64,000 nucleotides of DNA from Phaeosaccion multiseriatum (taxonomy: Eukaryota; Protista; Ochrophyta, other classes), in NCBI GenBank assembly GCA_965112735.1, contig OZ218962.1:1302001-1366000 (forward strand), read 5' to 3'. A program made the position numbers and the translations under genes. The stretch's first letter is position 1; each line of letters opens with the position of its first letter. The notes under the pieces are model-generated. The model did no database searches. It was not told the origin of the DNA and was given only the letters and a program-made list of their open reading frames with translations. Below, piece by piece: positions 24,740 to 35,800 of the stretch.

Positions 24740-26786
24740 GTAAGGAGGAGGAGGAGGAGGAGGAGGAGGAGGAGGAGGCTGTACCGTATGTGCAGAGTCG
24801 GCCGAGAGCTTCCTCGCTCGGTGACAAGCGATCAAGCAATGCATGGCACGCAGTGAGTGGGGCAGCCACCAGGAAGAGAATGAGAGCGATGGACCGATTG
24901 GGGGAGGTGGAGGATGGACGTGGATGGGGGGGTTGGAGGCGAAAGAGGAGAAGGAGAAGACATGCACCCACGCACCCACCCCCTCCTTCGCTCATTGCTT
25001 GTCGGGCGGCCTCTCAGGAGGGGCGAGCAATATGTTTATTGTCATGGAGCACTGCCGAGGAGGAGGTAAGCAACTAAGCAACACTCCAACATGCTGTGTG
25101 TGTGTGGCGATTCGATACATTTTTGACACAAGTGCCCCGCCACTCTTCTCTCCCATCCACTGCCCTCCTCCTCCCTCCTCCCTCATCCGCCAGCAGCAAG
25201 AGCCAGAGCGCAGGTTGCTCGTCACTCACGAGACTTGTTTCCATTTCAGTTTCAGATTTGTTGACTGGGCTGCCTGAAACTCCGCACTGCACTGTCGAAC
25301 ATTCCTGTCATGCTTCAGCTATGCCCTGCTGAAACGGAAACTCGAACAGGTGCTGGACTCGCCGTCGCCTTCCTACAACACTCCAAGAAGGTACGATCGC
25401 AGGCTCTCCCCCCTGACCTAGACAGGCACCAGCTAACTGTCTTATCGACTGTCGATCTGACTGAGACGGCCGACATACGTCTGACGGAGGGCCTGACTAC
25501 CCCTCTAATTCATAGCTATGCCTGACTAAATACCCTGACACCAGGTGCTGCACCGCGACGGGGGGAGAGCCCGTCAAGCCAGACTGTTGCGGTGCACGTT
25601 GGAGAAGGTAGGTACGTAGGCCTACGTAAAGTTACCTGTCTGCCTCTTTCTTTGTCCGCTCTGCCATCAGTGCACTTCGTATGCGTGACCCCATCCCCTG
25701 CGTGAATGTTTGTGCGGTTGTGTGTGTGCGTGTGCATGTGTGCGTGTGTATGTACTACAGGTCAGGCGCAGACCGTGACGGGGAAAAAGACCCCTACTAC
25801 AGGCTCTAGGGCGCTGCTTCGGTCCTGCTTGGGCACTCTTGCTACTTGCTCGTGTTGCTTCCTGCTGCTGCTTCGACTCCCTCTGTGGGTGTGTGAGAGC
25901 CGGCCTTACGGTTATAAGGTGTGTCATCGTGCGCCAATTTCGGACCTTTGCCTTGAATTGCACGTTTCGCCCAGAGGAGAGACTGCTCGGATCTGTGCAC
26001 TAGTAGTAGAGTGTTCTCCTCTTCTCTTTGCGTCGGTCAGAGTGACACATGGGCCCTGTACTCTCAAGCATAGCTAAGCAGTGTTTCCCCTCACCTCTCT
26101 CGCCCCTTTCAACAACCCTCCACCGCAGTTGGGCATTGTAGCTATACAAGAACAATCGTTGCGCAGGATACACCTCGCTCCCATACCCGGTGATGTGGCT
26201 GCTGCAGAAGGACGCGAATGTGTTGGAGCTGTCCTTCATCAAGAGGCACATGGCTGGCACGCTTCGGGGAGTGAGAGGAGGAGGAGGGATGGCGGCAGCA
26301 GCGCATTCCGGGGGGACTATCATAGCGCGGAGGGAGGGAATAAGGCCCAGGAAGAGGACGGCAGCAGGAGGCGAGAAGACGGAGGAGGAGGCGCAAAGGT
26401 GGTGGTCGGGGAGACGGTAATGATGACGAGGGTCGGCTCAGAGGAGGGGGAGTGATAGTAAACACATCCCTCTCCATCCGAAGGAGGGGGGTGAGCCGAG
26501 AGAGTCAAGCAGCAACGGCAGGAGGAGCAGGGATGGCAGTGGATGGTGGAGGTCGACACGGGGGAGATGGTCGCCAGCAGGAGCGGGAGTATGTTGTTGA
26601 GGCCGACGGAATTGCACAGGCAGAGCGCGGATGGACTCGCCATGGAGCGGAGGAGGAGGGGAGCGACTGCAGCACGTGAGGAGACATGTGGAGGACGATC
26701 GGGCCATGCATCACACCATCAGGGAAGTATCGCCGGGAGGAGGATGGCAGTGGATGGGAGTAGGAGCAGGAGAAGAAGGGGTAGGA

Positions 26787-26818
<32 letters not shown>

Positions 26819-27299
26819 TGGCAACAGGAATGGTTATAGCAATGGCTTCCGGGTGCTTGCTTTAGCTTCTGCTTGGCTCTAGCTTGGCTTTGAGGCTAGC
26901 TGTCGGTAGTTTCGACAGGGAGAACCGTCTCGGTACGAGGTTCTTTCTGGTCAGGCTCCGGACTGCAGCAACATCGGTCCGTACGGCTGTCTTGTCTGGG
27001 TTTTGTCAAGGAGCAGCGCCCGATTACGCCTTCACTACTGCTGCCACTGCTGTTGCTACTGTAGTGTGGTGGAGCTGGGACAGGCTCAATTCCGTAATAT
27101 TAGGTAGGCAGGACAGTAAGTCAATGATGTGGGACGCGGCCTTTTCTGGGCCCTGGTTCTTAGAATGGGAAAGACCTTGGTATTAATACACTTGGTGCCA
27201 GCATTGGACTCTTCTCTCTCCCTTATTGGTATCGGAACGCAGCGGCCAGCTTGGAGGTGCCTTCCTCCTCTTAGGCAGAGGGAGGTAGCGGCCCCACTC

Positions 27300-28872
27300 A
27301 AGGGATCGGCTCCGGACTGGCCTAGAAGCCTAGGTCTAGAGACGAAATTCGGCCGGCCTAAGGGGGCCAAGGCCCCCGGCCTAGGCCTATCGACCCTGCT
27401 GGACAAGATTATGGTGTGCGCCGGCCGTACTCAGTAATCAGCCCCCGGCTGGCGCATAATCAGTACTCAGGCCGGCCGGTCACCAGCTGTAAGCAACAAG
27501 GCCGGCTGGCGCCGGTCATAATTAGGTAATCAGGCCGACTGCGCCGTCCTTTCCACAGTAATCAGATACTGTAATCTTGTCCAGGGTCGACTCCCTCCCT
27601 CCCTCCCTCCCTCTCTCCCTCCCTCCCTCCCTCCCTCCCTCCCTCTCCCTCACTCCCTCCCTCCCTCACTCCCTCCCTCCCTCCCTCCCTCCCTCCCTCC
27701 CTCCCTCCCTCCCTCCCTCCCTCCCTCCCTCCCTCCCTCCCTCCCTCCCTCCCTCCCTTCCTTCCTCCCTCCCTCCCTCCCTCCCTCCCTCCCTCCCTCC
27801 CTCCCTCCCTCCCTCCCTCCCTCCCTCCCTCCCTCCCTCCCTCCCTCCCTCCCTCCCTCCCTCCCTCCCTCCCTCCCTCCCTCCCTCCCTCCCTCCCTCC
27901 CTCCCTCCCTCCCTCCCTCCCTCCCTCCCTCTCTCCCTCCCTCCCTCCCTCCCTCTGTCCCTCCCTCCCCTTCCTTCTGTCCCTCCCTTCCTTCTGTCCC
28001 TCCCTCCCCTTCCTTCTGTCCCTCCCTCCCTCCCTCCCTCCCTCCCTCCCTCCCTCCCTCCCTCCCTCCCTCTCTCCCTCTCCTTCCCTCCCTTCCTGCC
28101 TGCCTCCCACCCTCCCTCCCTCCCACCCTCCCTCCCTCCCTCCCTCCCTCCCTCCCTCCCTCCCTCTCCTTCAGGCGTCCCTCCCTCCCTCCCCTCCCTC
28201 CCTCCCTCCCTCCCTCCCTCCCTCCCTCCCTCCCTCCCTCCTTCCCTCCGCCCTCCCTACCTCCTCGTATCCGTCTATCCCACTGTCCCTCCCTCCGCCC
28301 CTCCCTTTCTCCCTCTTTCTATCCCTCCATCCCTCCCTCCCTCTATCCTGCTATTCCTCCCTGTGGAAAGTCGATTCGTAAGTCAATGGCCCAGGCCCAG
28401 GCAGAAACGGTGAGAACGAGTAGCGTGGCTCTCAGCCACTATCCCATGTGCGAAGGTGGTCGTTTAGGACTAGCATGCGATAAGTTAATAGAGGCAAGGC
28501 TGGCTGCTAGGCTGGCTTTGGGGTTGCTGTTACCTTTTGTCCGTGCGTGTGGGCGTGTGTCTAGTTCTATCCTATCTGTATGCGACAGCGCATGTCGTTT
28601 TACACCATCTGTTGGCGACAGCGCTTGTCGTTTTACATCCCTGCCTCCCACCCTCCCTCCCTGCCTCCCTCCCTCCCTCCCTCCCTCCCTCCCTCCCTCT
28701 CACCCTCCCTCCCTCCCTCCCTCCCTCCCTCCCTTCGACCCTAGGCCTAGTCTAGAACCGCCGGCCTAGGGAGAAAAAAAAATGCCTAGCTAGAGCGGCC
28801 GTAGGCCGCTCGGCCTAGGGCCTAGAGCATAGGCTTCTAGGCCAGCCTGGAGCCGAAAGATGTCGACCCCTG
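27300..28872. mobile_element. Nested non-autonomous MITE-like elements with inverted repeats (CAGGG(G)TCGA-type ends)
   Basis: Outer imperfect IR: ggctccggactggcctagaagcctaggtctag (27308-27339) vs ctagagcataggcttctaggccagcctggagcc (28822-28854). Inner IR: tcgaccctgctggacaagatta (27390-27411) vs taatcttgtccagggtcga (27572-27590). No transposase. Confidence 0.6.
27591..28345. repeat. (CCCT)n tetranucleotide array
   Basis: Long near-perfect array; gives rise to spurious GGRE/PPSL ORFs. Confidence 0.97.
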
Positions 28873-29011
28873 ACACGCTATCGCTCACTTTCTCGATAGC
28901 GGTCGCAGAAAGAACAACAAGAAAAAAAAGAAAAAAAAAGAAAAAAAAAACATTACGTAATGCCTAAGGGAAAAAAGGATGGAAAAAAAAAGGAGATGGA
29001 AAAAAAAAGAG

Positions 29012-29111
29012 ACCTCAAGGAGGGGCTCGAACCCTCAACCGCTTCCTGGACTCCAAAACCCTCCAGACGGGTTCATAGAAGGGAAGCGCGCTTCCATTGC
29101 GCCACATAACC
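29012..29111 (-). tRNA. tRNA-Arg(TCT) with a 28-nt canonical intron (29048-29075) and a mismatched acceptor stem; possibly a pseudo-tRNA
   Basis: GGTTATG TG GCGC AATGGAA GCGC G CTTCC CT-TCT-A [intron] A GGAAG CGGTT GAGGG TTCGAGC CCCTC CTTGAGG T. D, anticodon and T stems are perfect, and an oligo-T Pol III terminator follows. Confidence 0.85.
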
Positions 29112-30561
29112 AGACTCTCTGAAAACACCATATCTGAAAAGGCCCCGGCCCCGAGATTCCTTTGTTCCTTGTTCTTGTAAGTACCCTAAATCACGTCTCG
29201 TGCTCTGTGCTCGCTCGAGCTGTCGTGGTGGGCCTCGCTCTGGGACTGTTTGTTGTGTGTGCGGCCGGCCGGCCGCCCCTCCCTCCCTCCGTCCCTCCCT
29301 CCCTCCCTCCCTCCCTCCCTCCCTCCGTCTTCTGCCGTCTTTTGCCGTCGTGGTGTCGCAATGTCCGTTGTGTGTGTGTCAAACTACTAGTATATATTGC
29401 CCGTAACAGAAACCATAAAAAGAAGGAGAGGCCCAGAGTTTCAGATCTGGACGTTATCAATATTGGGCATCCCACAGACCCCAATAATGATCATATCACA
29501 ACACGTGGCTTGATGAGCTTGCTGCCTCGCTTCTCCTCGACAACAGAAAGAAGGGCTCACCGGGCGGCAGGCAGGAATACTACTAGAGCGGGGCCTCGGT
29601 CTCTTGCGCCTTGCTGGGATAGCGGATACTAGTGCGTCACAGAGTCTGGCTGGCCACCTTTTCGTGCGGACAGTAAACGGGGGGGGGGGGTCGTTAGTGC
29701 TTGACCTCCCTCGCCGCTTAGCCAATGGGCGGGGTGGTTCTTGGCTGACCTTGAAGTGACCTCTGCCGTGCCGTCCACTGGCTGTTCTCCGTTCCGCATC
29801 GTAGCTACGCCCCGTGGGTGGCCCATCAGCGTGACGTTCCCGTCCTTCTTGCTTCTTCTCAACATTGAGCGTCAGAAAAGCTCTCATTCCACTTGCTTGT
29901 AGCCAACGAGAATACTACACACGCCACGGCGCAGCCACGGCAGGCCAGGCATTACCCAACATTGTCCCTCATTGTAGCTAGAAGCGACCGACAAGGAAAG
30001 CCCCTCACACATGCATTCCAAGGTACTAGGGAAGGGAAGGGATATTAAGGCCAGAGATACGGCACGTTCTTCCCTCTATAGTACCAGCCAGCATTGCTTG
30101 CGCTGAAAGCCACGACCCCTTCTGCCCACCACCACCACAACAACTGGCGTATACAGTTATATACCACCAACTTTCGTACCTTTGTGCGATGGTTGAGGTA
30201 GTAGACCTCATTCATTCTCCTCTATGGAGTCCGGGAGAGCTCCTGCACGTCCACTGCCACCTCGCCCTCCTTCTTCGGGGAAGGTGCCAACGGCGGCGGC
30301 CGGGGTACGCCCACTGCGTCCTGCTGAGATTGTGCGATACGTAGTAGATAAGTGGATGGCGGTGTGACGGGGTGAGTGGGTAGGTGGATGTGGGTGGGCG
30401 GCTGTGGGCGAATCACTTGCTGCTACGCCATCCATCTCTTGCTGGCTCATCGCCCCCTCCTCTTCGGTGATTCCTAATACATACATTGCCCTCCCGAAGT
30501 GATGCGCTGCTCCCATCCCGGGGGCAGGTCCTTTTCTTTCTCCTTCATGGCCTGATTGATT

Positions 30562-30926
30562 GAGAGTGGGTGGTGAATTGGATGGCAGCAGATGGTGAAT
30601 TGGATGGCAGCAGATGGTGAATTGGATGGCAGCAGATCATGGCCTGATTGATTGAGTGAGTGATTGATTTTGATTGATTGATTTGTTTCAGTTGTCAATT
30701 TCGGTGTCAGGAAGAGGCGAGGTCAACACACATCGATACCATTGCAGTGCAGAGAGTGGGTGGTGAATTGGATGGCAGCAGATGGTGAATTGGATGGCAG
30801 CAGATGGTGAATTGGATGGCAGCAGATCATGGCCTGATTGATTGAGTGAGTGATTGATTTTGATTGATTGATTTGTTTCAGTTGTCAATTTCGGTGTCAG
30901 GAAGAGGCGAGGTCAAGACACATCAT
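30562..30926. repeat. 190-bp-period tandem duplication with internal 21-nt repeats (ggtgaattggatggcagcaga)
   Basis: ORFs 30474..30698 and 30688..30888 share an identical N-terminal translation; offset 190. Confidence 0.92.
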
Positions 30927-32339
30927 ATGATGAATTGGATGGCAGCAGATGGTGAATTGGATGGCAGCAGATGGTTTCACTCGATGGCAGTGGATGGTGA
31001 ATTGGATGGCTTTGAGCATTGCAATTGAGGAAAGTTCTCCCTCTTACCAGGCGACTCGCGACGACGTCATGCCGATGTGGTCAATGTAGTACCTGGTATC
31101 AGCCCAACCCACACACACGCACGAAAGAGAAATGTCAGTGCAGAGGTGTGTCAGAAGTGAGCAGAACGTACACACAGAGAGAGAAAGGTGGGGGTCGGTG
31201 TGAGGGTGTCCTCACCTTCTGCCGCCTTCAGTGTACTTGGCCTCCCAGCCGGGTGGTCTCAGCACGGGATTCAAAAAGGCCTCCTGCTGTTGAACAGTGA
31301 CGACGGGGGGGGTCCCACTGCGATCCACGACAGCGAGAGGGGAGGGAGAGAGGGAGAGAGAAAGACAGGGCGAGGTGGGTATCGACATGAACCTTTGGAA
31401 AGCATTAAGCATAGAGAATGTCCACCCCACGCACCCACCCCTTTCTCACAGACACAGGTGGTTGGCGTAATACACGCGACCGTCTGCCGTAAACTTTTTT
31501 TCTCCCACCCGTCGGGGAGCTGCCCACCACCCCCTAGCTACTTGGCCAGGTCGGGCCATGGAGCCGGGACCCGCCCGTTGCTTGGCGCCCCGACATTGAC
31601 CTGTTGAGGGTGTTGTTAGTGGGATTAGAGAGAAATAGAGAGAGAAGTAAAGGGGGTGGCGAGCGTTACAAGCATGCAAATCGAATAGATACATGGAGGA
31701 ATGGCCGACTGACAAGAAACATGGGAAAGAGGAGATTGGTAGATACACGGATGGATGGATGGATGGATACATAGGTGGGTGGGTAGATGGGTAGCCAGCC
31801 CCCTGTGATGTTCTTGAGAGGTCTCGCAGTTCGCCAAGCCGCCGAAGCCCGGCAACACCTGTCCCATGTGCACCTTCAAGCGAGCGTTACAAAAGAGCGT
31901 TACAGACCGGGACAGAAGAAACAAAAAAACGAAAAAGAAGCGACAGCATTCTTGGAGCAACATGATTTCAGAGTCGCAGCATCGGAGCAAGTCCCCCTGT
32001 TCACACCATGTGGCACTAAGCACACGTATACTGACTGATAACGGGTGGATGAAACAAGCAGAGGAGAGCAAGTGAGGAGGCTGTAAAAGGCCGCCCGCCA
32101 CCTTGCCCATACACCTCTACCCTACCCTGCCCATATGCCCGCCCCATGTGCCCTCTCACCGTTTGCTGCCCCTGCTGGCTGCCAAAGGCCGCCACATTGC
32201 CTCCAAGCTGTTGCACAAAGGCCACGCCCTGAGCGTGTAGCACCTCATGGGGGGCAGGCAGGGTAGAACTTCACCCAAGTGAGCACGTTGGTGATACAGA
32301 GGACGTTGGGTCACATCACAGGTTGGGTGGAGGGTGTGC

Positions 32340-32860
32340 GTCCTGACACGCACCCACCCACTGTCCTGACACGAAGAGACCTTGGCGAAGAGTGCGTCTC
32401 TCTGCTCCTTGCTAATGCCTGGGAACTCCTCCTCCGTGCTCAGAGAAAGGCCGTGGGCACTAAAGTCAGTGAAATCAGTAAGAGCACATGAGCAGGGATG
32501 GTCATGAATGGCAGAGAGGAGGAGGGTCAAATCAGTCAGCACAGCAGTCACGAGTAACGAAGAGAGTCACAAGTCAACAAACCATTTCGGTGGGTAGCTG
32601 TCAGCCTAGCAAAAGGATGCCTTCTTACTTCTTACACATCCACCCATCGTCCTGACACGCACCCACCCACTGTCCTGACACGAAGAGACCTTGGCGAAGA
32701 GTGCGTCTCTCTGCTCCTTGCTAATGTCTGGGAACTCCTCCTCCGTGCTCAGAGAAAGGCCGTGGGCACTAAAGTCAGTGAAATCAGTAAGAGCACATGA
32801 GCAGGGATGGTCATGAATGGCAGAGAGGAGGAGGGTCAAATCAGTCAGCACAGCAGTCAC
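32340..32860. repeat. Direct duplication of ~212 bp (32340-32551 / 32649-32860) containing one exon
   Basis: Near-identical copies at offset 309 encoding STEEEFP(G/D)ISKEQRDALFAK. Confidence 0.93.
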
Positions 32861-35800
32861 AAGTCAACAAACCAATCAAGTCAGTGACAAGTGAGAGAGA
32901 GAACACACGCACACACACATGAGAAAGAGAGCAGTCGGGGTGGGCCATGCCCAGTAAGTCAACGAGAAGCCAGCAAAACCATGTCAATGAGACGCGCCTG
33001 GAGTGGCCGCCCACTGGGAGTGGCAGGAACCGAGTGACGGGTCCGTGAGCTGCGCAGTCTGGGGATGGCGGGAGGAAGAGGGGAGAGAAAGCGGGATCGG
33101 AAAAGAAGCCCCTTCGTCGTCCTCATCCTCCACCCCACTGAACATCCCGAAAGTCAATGTCATTGGTCTCTCCATGGCCTTCTTTCTGCACAGACGAGAG
33201 ATGCTCGACCACGGTGCATACACAAACAGCCCGCCAGCCAGCATCTCTGGTGGGTGTGTGGGTGGGTGTGAGTGGGTGAGTGGGGGTAGGTATAAGTGAT
33301 TGGGCGATAAGAGTGCGATGAGTGAGTAAATGAGGCCGTAAGGGAGGGAGGGAGAGAGCTGAAACTCAAACTCAAACTCAAGTGGCTCAGAGGGTGCTCA
33401 TGCTTATTCTTCTTCCCTTCTCCTAGCTAACCTCGTAGGTGGTAACAAGTGAGCTCTGCGAGCTGGTCCACCACCCGTCGTCGCCAGTTGGAGATAGAAC
33501 CGCCTCTGCCGCACTCAGCGTAGCCCCCCTGGGAGCAGTAGAAGAACGAGCAGTCCGCCTGCGTGTGAGGAGGTACCAGGAAGGGATGGGGAAGAGGAGG
33601 TGAGTGACTGATTCACTATCCACCTACAACCAACTGACCACTGCCATACACTGACCTTGACTGCTCGGCTCTCGTAGGGCCAATTGGCAAAGAAGACCAA
33701 TTGAAACAATGAGGTAGAATCTGTTGGCGCCATTTGGGGGGAGGCAGAAGAAGGGAAGACAACCGAGGGGCGCCCACCTGGACTGCTGCGCCAAGCTCTC
33801 GTCAAAGTACGGAGCTCTCCTCCACAGGCGGAACAGACTGTACGTCGTCACCTGGGCATGGCAAGTAGAGGCATGTGGGACATGGTGTTAGAGGCATATG
33901 GTGATCTGGACATGCCAAGTTGAGGCTTATGGAGCAATGTATGTAGAGGCATATGGGGGTGTGTAGGTTGTGTCCACACGTTGAGCTACATGTTCCACAG
34001 TCTTGTGTTCTTGAACTTGAGTATAACCTAACGAACTCAACATGAAACTCACCATGGCGGCCGTGGTGACCAAGAGTCCCGTGGGTACGAGGGCGGAATA
34101 GTAGAAGAGGCCAACAAAGATGGTCTTGACCATGTCCGTGCCCTGTGAGTGAGTGGGTGAGGAACAAGGGGAGGGGAGAAGGACAGAGAGGGAAGGAGAG
34201 AGGGAGAGAGAGGAAGGCAAGGAAGGAGGGGGGGAGGGAATGAGGGACGGAAAAGCGTATGGTCAAGAGTTTGTTTGTTTGTCTTGTGTTGGTGGCGCAG
34301 GGGGGTGCACTCACTCACTCACTGACTCACTGACTCACTGTCTCACCCACTCACTTAGTCACTCACACACTGACCACTCCCTCTCCACCTTCCTCACTCC
34401 CTCACTTCCTCACCTGGAAGAATACGTTCATTTCTGCCTGAGTCTTTGCCTGAGTGAGGCAGAGTGCCACAAAGCCCACAAGAGACACAAGCAAGCAAAG
34501 CAAGCGAAGCAAATGCAAGACAATTTTAAAAAACCCACAGCCCAGCAAAGGCAAGGGCAAAGGCAACGGCAAAGGCAGGGACAAAAAAGCGGCAAGGAGC
34601 CGGGCAGTTTCAGCTTGACGTTCAGATTATGGACCTCCCATCCAGTGAGGTCGAAATGGGAGACTTCTATCCATCCACTGCCGTCCATCCATCATCACCT
34701 GCGGGGCGAAGAACTTCCTCATTCCCCAATCGTAAAGGTTGTGAAGGCATCCGCAATGAGGATGGACATGACCTGAAGAGACGCAAGTGGATGGCAGTGA
34801 ATGGGAGGGATGGCAATGGATGGAAAGAATGACAGTGGATGATCGGCGAGTACAGGGCAGTGAATTGGTGTGAGAGTAGGGACATGACAGTGGACAGTTC
34901 TGTGGATGGCAGTGAATGGGTAGGGAGGGAGGGATGGTGGTGGATGGTCGTGAAATGGGGGGCGGATGTGAGGTTGGGGGATGGCAGTATACACGGGAGG
35001 TGGGTAGATGGCAGTGGATGGCAGTGCACCTACACACCTGATTGAGGGTTGCAGGGTCCAGCGTGTCAACATACTTGGTACCAATGTAAATGAGCAGCGC
35101 AGAGTTGATCATTCGAGCCACTGTGAGCTTGAGCATCATGCTGCTCTGTGTGTCTGTACGGGACTTGTGTGACTCCAGCATCAACGTCACGTTCTCTTGT
35201 GGCCACACGTCGGCACACATACACACACTCTTACATAGATGGATGGATACACACAGAGAGAGGGCTAAGGTATCGTATGCACTGATCCACAAAAACAAAT
35301 GATGCACAAGCACGCGGCAAAAGTCCTCCCCCTACACCCCTTTATACTTCCATTCTTATCCCCCAATCCTCCTCCTCCTCTCCGACCTCACCTTAATCAC
35401 AATGGGAAGGCCAGCGTTAACGAGCGAGACGAACACCGCGGCTCCGGCGTTGGAGTCGTTGGGGATGGCGAGAGTCACAAAGAAGGCAGCCGCAGACTGG
35501 GCCGGGGTGGGATGGCAATGGATGGATTGGGTGGGATGGGATGATAGTGGATGGAGTACGGTACAGAACAAAGGCCAAGAGGAGAAGAGTGAGAGAGAGA
35601 GCCAGGGAGAGGAGAATCGGCAAGTGAGTGGGGGCAAGCCGCCCTACATTCGTGCTGAGGGAGTGAGACACACACAGGCACACAGAACAGAGGCGGCGAG
35701 GGAGAACGGTGCAGAGAGAGAGCGAGAGAGAGAACGAGAAAGGGACAAAGAGAGAGAGACCCAAGGAAAGACACACAGATAGAGAGAGTGTGTTGGTTGT

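Noticed and set aside
26000-26730. Minus-strand ORF fragments as a gene
   Set aside because: No recognisable motif or consistent exon chain; cannot be supported.
25300-27240. LTR retrotransposon remnant (TGTCA..TGACA at 25306-25540; PBS-like TGGTATCGGAAC at 27227)
   Set aside because: No TSD, no second LTR and no gag/pol motifs.
27562-28413. GGRE/PPSL repeat ORFs
   Set aside because: Translations of the (CCCT)n microsatellite.
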